64,000 bases of DNA from the human T2T-CHM13v2.0 reference genome, Homo sapiens. Under the pieces are notes generated by a model. It was given only the letters and a program-made list of their open reading frames with translations, did not search any database and was not told the DNA's origin. The position numbers and the translations under genes were made by a program. Where the stretch lies: the NCBI RefSeq assembly GCF_009914755.1, contig NC_060948.1, one strand, 5' to 3'. Below, in pieces: positions 1 through 14,600 of this stretch. Numbering within the stretch: the stretch's first letter is position 1; every line of letters begins with the position of its first letter.

Positions 1-217
1 TGGACTCCTTTGGAATGGTGTAGTATGCAATGCAATCGACTGGCAGGGAATCAAAAGGAATGTAATCGAATGGATTGGACTGGAATGCAATGGACTCGAA
101 TAGATTGCAAACGGGATGCAAAGGAATGGAATGGAATAGTATGGAATGGAATGGAAAGGAATGGAGTGGAATAGACTAGAGTGGAATGGAATGGACTGGA
201 AAGCAATGGACTGGAAT

Positions 218-232
218 GGAACTTTCTTGAAT
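218..232. promoter_or_regulatory. Perfect 3-unit heat-shock-element motif HSE-A (gGAAc tTTCt tGAAt), representative copy; recurs once per unit
   Basis: Matches the HSF consensus nGAAnnTTCnnGAAn. Intact in 17 of 18 copies and broken at ~21561 (GGAACTTTCTTGGAT). Motif match only; function not shown. Confidence 0.55.
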
Positions 233-2444
233 GGACTGGAATCAAACGGAATGGAATGCAATGCAATCAAATGGCATGGAATAAAATAGAATGAAAGAGA
301 ATCAAATGGAATTGAATCGAATGGAATCGAATGGATTGGAAAGGAATAGAATGGAATGGAATGGAATGGACTCAAATGGAATGGACTAGAATGGAATGGA
401 TTCGAATGGAAGGCAAAGGAATGGAATCTATTGGAATGGACTGTAATGGAATGGAATGGAAGGGATTGGAATGGACTCGAATGGAATGGACTGCAATAGA
501 AAGGATTCGAATGGAATGAAAAAGAATTGAATGGAATAGAACAGAATGGAATCAAATCGAATGAAATGGAATGGAATAGAAAGGAATGGAATGAAATGGA
601 ATGGAAAGGATTCGAATGGAATGCAATCGAATGGAATGGAATCGAACGGAATGGAATAAAATGGAAGAAAACTGGCAAGAAATGGAATCGAAATGAATGG
701 AGTGTTATGGAACGGACTCAAAAGGAATTGAATGTAATAGAATGGAGTGGAGTGGACTCGAATATAATGGACTGGAATGGAATGAAATCACATGGAATGG
801 GAACGAATGGAATGGAATGGAAAGGAATGCAATCGAATGGAAAGGAATCGAATGGAAGGGAATGAAATTGAATCAACAGGAATGGAAGGGAATAGAATAG
901 ACGGTAATGGAATGGACTCGAATAGAATGGACACGAATGCTCAAATTGAATGGACTCGAATGGAATGGAAACGAAAGGAATGTCATCGAATGGAATTGAA
1001 TTGATTGGAATGAAATCGCATAGAATGGAGGGGAATCAAATGGAATTGAATCGAAAGGAAAGGAAGCGAATGGACTGAAATGAAATGGAATGGAATTGAA
1101 TGGAAAGTAATGCAATGGAATAGAATGGAACGAAATTTCACGGAATGGAATCAAACTGAATGGAATCAAATCAATGGAATCAAATCAAATGGAATGGAAA
1201 GGAATTGAATGGAGTAGATTGGATTGGATGGGATTGGAATGAAATGTACTGGAAAGGACTCGAATTTCATGAAACGGAATGGAATGAATTGGAACGGAAT
1301 GGACTCGAATGGAATGGAATGTCATGGAATGGCATCAAATGGAATGGCATCAAATGGAATGGAATCGAATGCAATGGAATGCTATGGAATGGAATGGAAT
1401 GCATTGGAATGGAATGTCCTCTAATGGAATGGATTCGAGTGGAATGGAATCGAATATAATGGAGTCGAATGAAATGGAATTGAAAGGAATGGGATCGAAT
1501 ACAATGGAATATACTGGAATGTAATGTAATGAACTCGAATGTAATTGACTGGAATGGAATGTACATGAATGGAATGTAATCGAATGGAAAGTAATCCAAT
1601 GGAATAGAATCTAATGCAATAAAATCGACTCAGATAGAGTAGAATGTAATGGAATGGAGTGCAGTGCAATGGAATGGAATGGAATGGAATGCAATGGAAT
1701 GGAATGGGATGGAATGGTATGGAATGGATAGTAATGGACTGGAGTGAAATGGACTGGAAAGGAATGGACTCAAATTGAAAGGGCTAGAAAGGAATGTAGT
1801 CAAATGGAATGGTGTGGAATGGAATGAACACGAATGTAATGCAATCCAATAGAATGGAATCGAATGGCATGGAATATAAAGAAATGGAATCGAAGAGAAT
1901 GGAAACAAATGGAATGGAATTGAATGGAATGGAATTGAATGGAATGGGAACGAATGGAGTGAAATTGTATGCAGTAGAAGGGAATAGAATGGAATGCAAG
2001 CGAAAGGAAAGAATGGATTGGAATGGAATGGAATTCATTGGAATGGAAGGGAATGTAGTGTAATGGACAGGCCTGGAATAAAGTGGAATGCTACGGTCTC
2101 GAATGGAATAAAAATGTATGGAATGGAATGCAATGAAACGGAATCGAATGTCATAGAATGTAATGGAATGCAAAAAAATGGAATCCAAAATCATTGACTG
2201 GAAAGGCTGGGTGTCGAAAGGAATTGACTGCAATGGAATGGAATCGAATGGAATGGAAGTGAATAGAATCGAACTAAATCGAATGGAATGGAATTGATAG
2301 GAACGGAATGGAAAGGAATGCAATGATTTGGCATGGAATGGAATCGAATGGCATCGAATGGAATGGAATGGAATGCAATGGAATGGAATGTATTAGAATG
2401 TAATGAACATTAATGGAATGTACTCGAATGGATTCGACTGGAAT

Positions 2445-2459
2445 GGAATGTTCTGGAAG
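2445..2459. promoter_or_regulatory. Perfect 3-unit heat-shock-element motif HSE-B (gGAAt gTTCt gGAAg), representative copy; recurs once per unit
   Basis: Matches nGAAnnTTCnnGAAn. Intact in 15 of 18 copies. The variant GGAATGTTCCGGAAT at ~6004 and ~23818 keeps the consensus. Broken at ~13137 and ~30951 (TTG) and at ~16696 (CAA). Motif match only. Confidence 0.55.
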
Positions 2460-2729
2460 TGAATGGACTCCAATGGAATGGATTCGAAAGGAATGGAATC
2501 GAACAGAATGGAATCTAATGGAATGGAATTAAATGGAAATGAATCAAATTGAATAGCACGGAATTGAATTGAATTGAATGGAATCGAATGCAATGGAATC
2601 TAATGAAACGGAAAGGAAAGGAATGGAATGGAATGGAATGGGCTGGAATGGAAAGGAATCGAAACGAATGGAATGGAATCGAACTGAAGAGACTGGAATG
2701 GAATGCACTGGAATGGAAGGGAGTGTAAT

Positions 2730-2744
2730 GGAAGGTTCTCGAAA
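2730..2744. promoter_or_regulatory. Perfect 3-unit heat-shock-element motif HSE-C (gGAAg gTTCt cGAAa), representative copy; recurs once per unit
   Basis: Matches nGAAnnTTCnnGAAn. Intact in all 18 copies read (2730 ... 63312). Motif match only. Confidence 0.55.
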
Positions 2745-5659
2745 ATAATGGAATCGAATGGAATGGAATTGAATGGAACGGAATAGAGTCGAATGGAATT
2801 GAATGGAATGGAATGGACTAGAGTGAAATGGAATCGAACCACAAGGAATGGACAGGAATAGAATGGTCTCGAATTGAATGGAATCGTATGGAATGGCATC
2901 AAACGGAGTGGAATGGACAGCCACGGAATGGAATGCACTCGAATGCAATGGAGTCGAAACTTATGGACTGGAATAGAATGGACTCGACTGGTACGAACTC
3001 CAATGGAATGGAATCGAATGGAAGGGATTCGAACGGAATGGACTCGAAGGGAAAAGACTGCAATGGAAAGGTCTCGAATGGAATGGAAATTAATGGAATG
3101 GAATGGAATCGAATGAAATGGAGTCAAAAGGAATGGAATCGAATGGCAAGAAATCGAATGTAATGGAATCGCAAGGAATTGATGTGAACGGAACGGAATG
3201 GAATGGAATCCAAAGGAATGGAATAGAATGGAATGGAATCGAATGGAAAGGACTCGAATGGAAATCACTCGAATGGAATGAAATTTGATAAAATAGGATC
3301 AAATGTAATTGAATGGAATGGAAAGGAATCGAAACGAAAGGAATGGAGACAGATGGAATGGAATGGAACAGAGAGCAATGGTATAGAATGGAATGGAATC
3401 ATCTGGAATGGAATTGAATGGAATGGAATAATATGAAATGGAATGGAATGGAATGGAATGGAATGCCCTTGAATTAAATGGACTGGAATGGAATGGACTC
3501 GAACAGAGTGGAATGGAAAGTGTTGAGATAGAATGGAATGGACTCTTTTAGAATGGTCTAGTATGCAATGCAATCGACTGGCAGGGAATCAAAAGGAATG
3601 TAATCGAATGGATTGGACTGGAATGCAATGGACTCGAATAGATTGGAAACGGAATGCAAAGGAATGGAATGGAATAGTATGGAATGGAATGGAAAGGAAT
3701 GGAGTGGAATAGACTATAGTGGAATGGAATGGACTGGAAAGCAATGGACTGGAATGGAACTTTCTTGAATGGACTGGAATCAAACGGAATGGAATGCAAT
3801 GCAATCAAATGGCATGGAATAAAATAGAATGAAAGAGAATCAAATGGAATTGAATCGAATGGAATCGAATGGATTGGAAAGGAATAGAATGGAATGGAAT
3901 GGAATTGACTCAAATGGAATGGACTAGAATGGAATGGATTCGAATGGAAGGCAAAGGAATGGAATCTATTGGAATGGACAGTAATGGAATGGAATGGAAG
4001 GGATTGGAATGGACTCGAATGGAATGGACTGCAATAGAAAGGATTCGAATGGAATGAAAAAGAATTGAATGGAATAGAACAGAATGGAATCAAATCGAAT
4101 GAAATGGAATGGAATAGAAAGGAATGGAATGAAATGGAATGGAAAGGATTCGAATGGAATGCAATCGAATGGAATGGAATCGAACGGAATGGAATAAAAT
4201 AGAAGAAAACTGGCAAGAAATGGAATCGAAATGAATGGAGTGTTATGGAACGGACTCAAAAGGAATTGAATGTAATAGAATGGAGTGGAGTGGACTCGAA
4301 GATAATGAACTGGAATGGAATGAAATCACATGGAATGGGAACGAATGGAATGGAATGGAAAGGAATGGAATCGAATGGAAAGGAATCGAATGGAAGGGAA
4401 TGAAATTGAATCAACAGGAATGGAAGGGAATAGAATAGACGGTAATGGAATGGACTCGAATAGAATGGACACGAATGCTCAAATTGAATGGACTCGAATG
4501 GAATGGAAACAAAAGGAATGTCATCGAATGGAATTGAATCGATTGGAATGAAATCGCATAGAATGGAGTGGAATCAAATGGAATTGAATCGAAAGGAAAG
4601 GAAGCGAATGGACTGAAATGAAATGGAATGGAATTGAATGGAAAGTAATGCAATGGAATAGAATGGAACGAAATTTCACGGAATGGAATCAAACTGAATG
4701 GAATCAAATCAATGGAATCCACTCAAATGGAATGGAAAGGAATTGAATGGAGTAGATTGGATTGGATGGGATTGGAATGAAATGTACTGGAAAGGACTCG
4801 AATTTCATGAAACAGAATGGAATGAATTGGAACGGAATGGACTCGAATGGAATGGAATGTCATGGAATGGCATCAAATGGAATGGCATCAAATGGAATGG
4901 AATCGAATGCAATGGAATGCTATGGAATGGAATGGAATGCATTGGAATGGAATGTCCTCTAATGGAATGGATTCGAGTGGAATGGAATCGAATATAATGG
5001 AGTCGAATGAAATGGAATTGAAAGGAATGGGATCGAATACAATGGAATATACTGGAATGTAATGTAATGAACTCGAATGTAATTGACTGGAATGGAATGT
5101 ACATGAATGGAATGTAATCGAATGGAAAGTAATCCAATGGAATAGAATCTAATGCAATAAAATCGACTCAGATAGAGTAGAATGTAATGGAATGGAGTGC
5201 AGTGCAATGGAATGGAATGGAATGGAATGCAATGGAATGGAATGGAATGGAATGGAATGGAATGGGATGGAATGGTATGGAATGGATAGTAATGGACTGG
5301 AATGAAATGGACTGGAAAAGAATGGACTCAAATTGAAAGGGCTCGAAAGGAAAGGAGTCAAATGGAATGGTCTGGAATGGAATGAACACGAATGTAATGC
5401 AATCCAATAGAATGGAATCGAATGGCATTCAATATAAAGAAATGGAATCGAAGAGAATGGAAACAAATGGAATGGAATTGAATGGAATGGAATTGAATGG
5501 AATGGGAACGAATGGAGTGAAATTGTATGCAGTAGAAGAGAATAGAATGGAATGCAAGCGAAAGGAAAGGAATGGATTGCAATGGAATGGAATTCATTGG
5601 AATGGAAGGGAATGTAGTGTAATGGACAGGCCTGCAATAAAGTGGAATGCTACGGTCTC

Positions 5660-8600
5660 GAATGGAATAAAAATGTATGGAATGGAATGCAATGAAACGG
5701 AATCGAATGTCATAGAATGTAATGGAATGCAAAAAAATGGAATCCAAAATCATTGACTGGAAAGGCTGGGTGTCGAAAGGAATTGACTCCAATGGAATGG
5801 AATCGAATGGAATGGAAGTGAATAGAATCGAACTAAATCGAATGGAATGGAATTGATAGGAACGGAATGGAAAGGAATGCAATGATTTGGCATGGAATGG
5901 AATCGAATGGCATCGAATGGAATGGAATGGAATGCAATGGAATGGAATGTATTAGAATGTAATGAACTTTAATGGAATGTACTCGAATGGATTCGACTGG
6001 AATGGAATGTTCCGGAATGGAATGGACTCCAATGGAATGGATTCGAAAGGAATGGAATCGAACGGAATGGAATCTAATGGAATGGAATTAAATGGAAATG
6101 AATCAAATTGAATAGCACGGAATTGAATTGAATGGAATCGAATGCAATGGAATCTAATGAAACGGAAAGGAAAGGAATGGAATGGAATGGAATGGGCTGG
6201 AATGGAAAGGAATCGAAACGAATGGAATGGAATCGAACTGAAGAGACTGGAATGGAATGCACTGGAATGGAAGGGAGTGTAATGGAAGGTTCTCGAAAAT
6301 AATGGAAGCAAATGGAATGGAATTGAATGGAACGGAATAGAGTCGAATGGAATTGAGTGGAATGGAATGGACTAGAGTGAAATGGAATCGAACCACAAGG
6401 AATGGACAGGAATAGAATGGTCTCGAATTGAATGGAATCGTATGGAATGGCATCAAACGGAATGGAATGGACAGCCACGGAATGGAATGCACTCGAATGC
6501 AATGGAGTCGAAACTAATGGACTGGAATAGAATGGACTCGACTGGTACGGACTCCAATGGAATGGAATGGAATGGAAGGGAATCGAACGGAATGGACTCG
6601 AAGGGAAAAGACTGCAATGGAAAGGTCTCGAATGGAATGCAAATTAATGGAATGGAATGGAATCGAATGAAATGGAGTCAAAAGGAATGGAATCGAATGG
6701 CAAGAAATCGAATGTAATGGAATCGCAAGGAATTGATGTGAACGGAACGGAATGGAATGGAATCCAAAGGAATGGAATAGAATGGAATGGAATCGAATGG
6801 AAAGGACTCGAATGGAAATCACTCGAATAGAATGCAATTTAATAAAATAGGATCAAATGTAATGGAATGGAATGGAAAGGAATCGAAACGAAAGGAATGG
6901 AGACAGATGGAATGGAATGGAACAGAGAGCAATGGTATAGAATGGAATGGAATCATCTGGAATGGAATTGAATGGAATGGAATAATATGAAATGGAATGG
7001 AATGGAATGGAATGGAATGCCCTTGAATTAAATGGACTGGAATGGAATGAACTCGAACAGAGTGGAATGGAAAGTGTTGAGATAGAATGGAATGGACCCT
7101 TTTGGAATGGTCTAGTATGCAATGCAATCGACTGGCAGGGAATCAAAAGGAATGTAATCGAATGGATTAGACTGGAATGCAATGGACTCGAATAGATTGG
7201 AAACGGAATGCAAAGGAATGGAATGGAATAGTATGGAATGGAATGGAAAGGAATGGAGTGGAATAGACTAGAGTGGAATGGAATGGACTGGTAAACAATG
7301 GACTGGAATGGAACTTTCTTGAATGGACTGGAATCAAACGGAATGGAATGCAATGCAATCAAATGGCATGGAATAAAATAGAATGAAAGAGAATCAAATG
7401 GAATTGAATCGAATGGAATCGAATGGATTGGAAAGGAATAGAATGGAATGGAATGGAATTGACTCAAATGGAATGGACTAGAATGGAATGGATTCGAATG
7501 GAAGGCAAAGGAATGGAATCTATTGGAATGGACTGTAATGGAATGGAATGGAAGGGATTGGAAGGGACTCGAATGGAATGGACTGCAATAGAAAGGATTC
7601 GAATGGAATGAAAAAGAATTGAATGGAATAGAACAGAATGGAATCAAATCGAATGAAATGGAATGGAATAGAAAGGAATGGAATGAAATGGAATGGAAAG
7701 GATTCGAATGGAATGCAATCGAATGGAATGGAATCGAACGGAATGGAATAAAATGGAAGAAAACTGGCAAGAAATGGAATCGAAATGAATGGAGTGTTAT
7801 GGAACGGACTCAAAAGGAATTGAATGTAATAGAATGGAGTGGAGTGGACTCGAATATAATGGACTGGAATGGAATGAAATCACATGGAATAGGAACGAAT
7901 GGAATGGAATGGAAAGGAATGCAATCGAATGGAAAGGAATCGAATGGAAGGGAATGAAATTGAATCAACAGGAATGGAAGGGAATAGAATAGACGGTAAA
8001 GGAATGGACTCGAATAGAATGGACACTAATGCTCAAATTGAATGGACTCGAATGGAATGGAAACGAAAGGAATGTCATCGAATGGAATTGAATCGATTGG
8101 AATGAAATCGCATAGAATGGAGTGGAATCAAATGGAATTGAATCGAAAGGAAAGGAAGCGAATGGACTGAAATGAAATGGAATGGAATTGAATGGAAAGT
8201 AATGCAATGGAATAGAATGGAACGAAATTTCACGGAATGGAATCAAACTGAATGGAATCAAATCAATGGAATCAAATCAAATGGAATGGAAAGGAATTGA
8301 ATGGAGTAGATTGGATTGGATGGGATTGGAATGAAATGTACTGGAAAGGACTCGAATTTCATGAAACGGAATGGAATGAATTGGAACGGAATGGACTCGA
8401 ATGGAATGGAATGTCATGGAATGGCATCAAATGGAATGGCATCAAATGGAATGGAATCGAATGCAATGGAATGCTATGGAATGGAATGGAATGCATTGGA
8501 ATGGAATGTCCTCTAATGGAATGGATTCGAGTGGAATGGAATCGAATATAATGGAGTCGAATGAAAAGGAATTGAAAGGAATGGGATCGAATACAACGGA

Positions 8601-11600
8601 ATATACTGGAATGTAATGTAATGAACTCGAATGTAATTGACTGGAATGGAATGTACATGAATGGAATGTAATCGAATGGAAAGTAATCCAATGGAATAGA
8701 ATCTAATGCAATAAAATCGACTCAGATAGAGTAGAATGTAATGGAATGGAGTGCAGTGCAATGGAATGGAATGGAATGGAATGCAATGGAATGGAATGGA
8801 ATGGAATGGAATGGAATGGAATGGAATGGAATGGAATGGAATGGGATGGAATGGTATGGAATGGATAGTAATGGACTGGAATGAAATGGACTGGAAAAGA
8901 ATGGACTCAAATTGAAAGGGCTCGAAAGGAATGGAGTCAAATGGAATGGTCTGGAATGGAATGAACACGAATGTAATGCAATCCAATAGAATGGAATCGA
9001 ATGGCATGGAATATAAAGAAATGGAATCGAAGAGAATGGAAACAAATGGAATGGAATTGAATGGAATGGAATTGAATGGAATGGGAAAGAATGGAGTGAA
9101 ATTTTATGCAGTAGAAGAGAATAGAATGGAATGCAAGCGAAAGGAAAGGAATGGATTGCAATGGAATGGAATTCATTGAAATGGAAGGAAATGTAGTGTA
9201 ATGGACAGGCCTGGAATAAAGTGGAATGCTACGGTCTCGAATGGAATAAAAATGTATGGAATGGAATGCAATGAAACGGAATCGAATGTCATAGAATGTA
9301 ATGGAATGCAAAAAAATGGAATCCAAAATCATTGACTGGAAAGGCTGGGTGTCGAAAGGAATTGACTCCAATGGAATGGAATCGAATGGAATGGAAGTGA
9401 ATAGAATCGAACTAAATCGAATGGAATGGAATTGATAGGAACGGAATGGAAAGGAATGCAATGATTTGGCATGGAATGGAATCGAATGGCATCGAATGGA
9501 ATGGAATGGAATGCAATGGAATGGAATGTATTAGAATGTAATGAACTTTAATGGAATGTACTCGAATGGATTCGACTGGAATGGAATGTTCTGGAAGTGA
9601 ATGGACTCCAATGGAATGGATTCGAAAGGAATGGAATCGAACGGAATGGAATCTAATGGAATGGAATTAAATGGAAATGAATCAAATTGAATAGCACGGA
9701 ATTGAATTGAATGGAATCGAATGCAATGGAATCTAATGAAACGGAAAGGAAAGGAATGGAATGGAATGTAATGGGCTGGAATGGAAAGGAATCGAAACGA
9801 ATGGAATGGAATCGAACTGAAGAGACTGGAATGGAATGCACTGGAATGGAAGGGATTTTAATGGAAGGTTCTCGAAAATAATGGAAGCAAATGGAATGGA
9901 ATTGAATGGAACGGAATAGAGTCGAATGGAATTGAATGGAATGGAATGGACTAGAGTGAAATGGAATCGAACCACAAGGAATGGACAGGAATAGAATGGT
10001 CTCGAATTGAATGGAATCGTATGGAATGGCATCAAACGGAATGGAATGGACAGCCACGGAATGGAATGCACTCGAATGCAATGGAGTCGAAACTTATGGA
10101 CTGGAATAGAATGCGCTCGACTGGTACGGACTCCAAAGGAATGGAATCGAATGGAAGGGATTCGAACGGAATGGACTCGAAGGGAAAAGACTGCAATGGA
10201 AAGGTCTCGAATGGAATGGAAATTAATGGAATGGAATGGAATCGAATGAAATGGAGTCAAAAGGAATGGAATCGAATGGCAAGAAATCGAATGTAATGGA
10301 ATCGCAAGGAATTGATGTGAACGGAACGGAATGGAATGGAATCCAAAGGAATGGAATAGAATGGAATGGAATCGAATGGAAAGGACTCGAATGGAAATCA
10401 CTCGAATAGAATGCAATTTAATAAAATAGGATCAAATGTAATGGAATGGAATGGAAAGGAATCGAAACGAAAGGAATGGAGACAGATGGAATGGAATGGA
10501 ACAGAGAGCAATGGTATAGAATGGAATGGAATCATCTGGAATGGAATTGAATGGAATGGAATAATATGAAATGGAATGGAATGGAATGGAATGGAATGCC
10601 CTTGAATTAAATGGACTGGAATGGAATGGACTCGAACAGAGTGGAATGGAAAGTGTTGAGATAGAATGGAATGGACTCCTTTGGAATGGTGTAGTATGCA
10701 ATGCAATCGACTGGCAGGGAATCAAAAGGAATGTAATCGAATGGATTGGACTGGAATGCAATGGACTCGAATAGATTGGAAACGGAATGCAAAGGAATGG
10801 AATGGAATAGTATGGAATGGAATGGAAAGGAATGGAGTGGAATAGACTAGAGTGGAATGGAATGGACTGGAAAGCAATGGACTGGAATGGAACTTTCTTG
10901 AATGGACTGGAATCAAACGGAATGGAATGCAATGCAATCAAATGGCATGGAATAAAATAGAATGAAAGAGAATCAAATGGAATTGAATCGAATGGAATCG
11001 AATGGATTGGAAAGGAATAGAATGGAATGGAATGGAATGGACTCAAATGGAATGGACTAGAATGGAATGGATTCGAATGGAAGGCAAAGGAATGGAATCT
11101 ATTGGAATGGACTGTAATGGAATGGAATGGAAGGGATTGGAATGGACTCGAATGGAATGGACTGCAATAGAAAGGATTCGAATGGAATGAAAAAGAATTG
11201 AATGGAATAGAACAGAATGGAATCAAATCGAATGAAATGGAATGGAATAGAAAGGAATGGAATGAAATGGAATGGAAAGGATTCGAATGGAATGCAATCG
11301 AATGGAATGGAGTCGAACGGAATGGAATAAAATGGAAGAAAACTGGCAAGAAATGGAATCGAAATGAATGGAGTGTTATGGAACGGACTCAAAAGGAATT
11401 GAATGTAATAGAATGGAGTGGAGTGGACTCGAATATAATGGACTGGAATGGAATGAAATCACATGGAATGGGAACGAATGGAATGGAATGGAAAGGAATG
11501 GAATCGAATGGAAAGGAATCGAATGGAAGGGAATGAAATTGAATCAACAGGAATGGAAGGGAATAGAATAGACGGTAATGGAATGGACTCGAATAGAATG

Positions 11601-14600
11601 GACACGAATGCTCAAATTGAATGGACTCGAATGGAATGGAAACGAAAGGAATGTCATCGAATGGAATTGAATCGATTGGAATGAAATCGCATAGAATGGA
11701 GTGGAATCAAATGGAATTGAATCGAAAGGAAAGGTAGCGAATGGACTGAAATGAAATGGAATGGAATTGAATGGAAAGTAATGCAATGGAATAGAATGGA
11801 ACGAAATTTCACGGAATGGAATCAAACTGAATGGAATCAAATCAATGGAATCAAATCAAATGGAATGGAAAGGAATTGAATGGAGTAGATTGGATTGGAT
11901 GGGATTGGAATGAAATGTACTGGAAAGGACTCGAATTTCATGAAACGGAATGGAATGAATTGGAACGGAATGGACTCGAATGGAATGGAATGTCATGGAA
12001 TGGCATCAAATGCAATGGCATCAAATGGAATGGAATCGAATGCAATGGAATGCTATGGAATGGAATGGAATGCATTGGAATGGAATGTCCTCTAATGGAA
12101 TGGATTCGAGTGGAATGGAATCGAATATAATGGAGTCGAATGAAATGGAATTGAAAGGAATGGGATCGAATACAATGGAATATACTGGAATGTAATGTAA
12201 TGAACTCGAATGTAATTGACTGGAATGGAATGTACATGAATGGAATGTAATCGAATGGAAAGTAATCCAATGGAATAGAATCTAATGCAATAAAATCGAC
12301 TCAGATAGACTAGAATGTAATGGAATGGAGTGCAGTGCAATGGAATGGAATGGAATGGAATGCAATGGAATGGAATGGAATGGAATGGAATGGAATGGGA
12401 TGGAATGGTATGGAATGGACAGTAATGGACTGGAGTGAAATGGACTGGAAAGGAATGGACTCAAATTGAAAGGGCTCGAAAGGAATAGAGACAAATGGAA
12501 TGGTCTAGAATGGAATGAACACGAATGTAATGCAATCCAATAGAATGGAGTCGAATGGCATGGAATATAAAGAAATGGAATCGAAGAGAATGGAAACAAA
12601 TGGAATGGAATTGAATGGAATGGAATTGAATGGAATGGGAACGAATGGAGTGAAATTGTATGCAGTAGAAGAGAATAGAATGGAATGCAAGCGAAAGGAA
12701 AGGAATGGATTGGAATGGAATGGAATTCATTGGAATGGAAGGGAATGTAGTGTAATGGACAGGCCTGGAATAAAGTGGAATGCTACGGTCTCGAATGGAA
12801 TAAAAATGTATGGAATGGAATGCAATGAAACGGAATCGAATGTCATAGAATGTAATGGAATGCAAAAAAATGGAATCCAAAATCATTGACTGGAAAGGCT
12901 GGGTGTCGAAAGGAATTGACTCCAATGGAATGGAATCGAACGGAATGGAAGTGAATAGAATCGAACTAAATCGAATGGAATGAAATTGATAGGAACGGAA
13001 TGGAAAGGAATGCAATGATTTGGCATGGAATGGAATCGAATGGCATCGAATGGAATGGAATGGAATGCAATGGAATGGAATGTATTAGAATGTAATGAAC
13101 TTTAATGGAATGTACTCGAATGGATTCGACTGGAATGGAATGTTGTGGAAGTGAATGGACTCCAATGGAATGGATTCCAAAGGAATGGAATCGTACGGAA
13201 TGGAATCTAATGGAATGGAATTAAATGGAAATGAATCAAATTGAATAGCACGGAATTGAATTGAATGGAATGGAATGCAATGGAATCTAATGAAACGGAA
13301 AGGAAAGGAATGGAATGGAATGTAATGGGCTGGAATGGAAAGGAATCGAAACGAATGGAATGGAATCGAACTGAAGAGACTGGAATGGAATGCACTGGAA
13401 TGGAAGGGAGTGTAATGGAAGGTTCTCGAAAAAAATGGAATTGAATGGAATGGAATTGAATGGAACGGAATAGAGTCGAATGGAATTGAATGGAATGGAA
13501 TGGACTAGAGTGAAATGGAATCGAACCACAAGGAATGGACAGGAATAGAATGGTCTCGATTTGAATGGGATCGTATGGAATGGCATCAAACGGAATGGAA
13601 TGGACAGCCACGGAATGGAATGCACTCGAATGCAATGGAGTCGAAACTAATGGACTGGAATAGAATGGACTCGACTGGTACGGACTCCAATGGAATGGAA
13701 TTGAATGGAAGGGAATCGAACGGAATGGACTCGAAGGGAAAAGACTGCAATGGAAAGGTCTCGAATGGAATGGAAATTAATGGAATGGAATGGAATCGAA
13801 TGAAATGGAGTCAAAAGGAATGGAATCGAATGGCAAGAAATCGAATGTAATAGAATCGCAAGGAATTGATGTGAACGGAACGGAATGGAATGGAATCCAA
13901 AGGAATGGAATAGAATGGAATGGAATCGAATGGAAAGGACTCGAATGGAAATCACTCGAATAGAATGCAATTTAATAAAATAGGATCAAATGTAATGGAA
14001 TGGAATGGAAAGGAATCGAAACGAAAGGAATGGAGACAGATGGAATGGAATGGAACAGAGAGCAATGGTATAGAATGGAATGGAATCATCTGGAATGGAA
14101 TTGAATGGAATGGAATAATATGAAATGGAATGGAATGGAATGGAATGGAATGCCCTTGAATTAAATGGACTGGACTCGAACAGAGTGGAATGGAAAGTGT
14201 TGAGATAGAATGGAATGGACTCCTTTGGAATGGTGTAGTATGCAATGCAATCGACTGGCATGGAATCAAAAGGAATGTAATGGAATGGATTGGACTGGAA
14301 TGCAATGGACTCGAATAGATTGGAAACGGAATGCAAAGGAATGGAATGGAATAGTATGGAATTTAATGGAAAGGAATGGAGTGGAATAGACTAGAGTGGA
14401 ATGGAATGGACTGGAAAGCAATGGACTGGAATGGAACTTTCTTGAATGGACTGGAATCAAACGGAATGGAATGCAATGCAATCAAATGGCATGGAATAAA
14501 ATAGAATGAAAGAGAATCAAATGGAATTGAATCGAATGGAATCGAATGGATTGGAAAGGAATAGAATGGAATGGAATGGAATTGACTCAAATGGAATGGA

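Noticed and set aside
280-2115. Several AATAAA hexamers per unit (~280, 655, 1618, 2077, 2107) as polyadenylation signals
   Set aside because: They arise easily from GGAAT variants in A-rich sequence, and there is no transcript evidence or clear downstream GU-rich element.
6853-7770. Recurrent 305-aa minus-strand ORF (also at 10432, 17545, 24667, 28241, 35359, 38918, 46038, 49612, 53175, 56734 and 60297)
   Set aside because: (ATTCC)n has no stop codon in any frame, so long FHSIP-repeat ORFs are expected. There is no domain-like sequence, and the ORF is truncated or frameshifted in other units (3548, 14363, 32177, 42475/43086).
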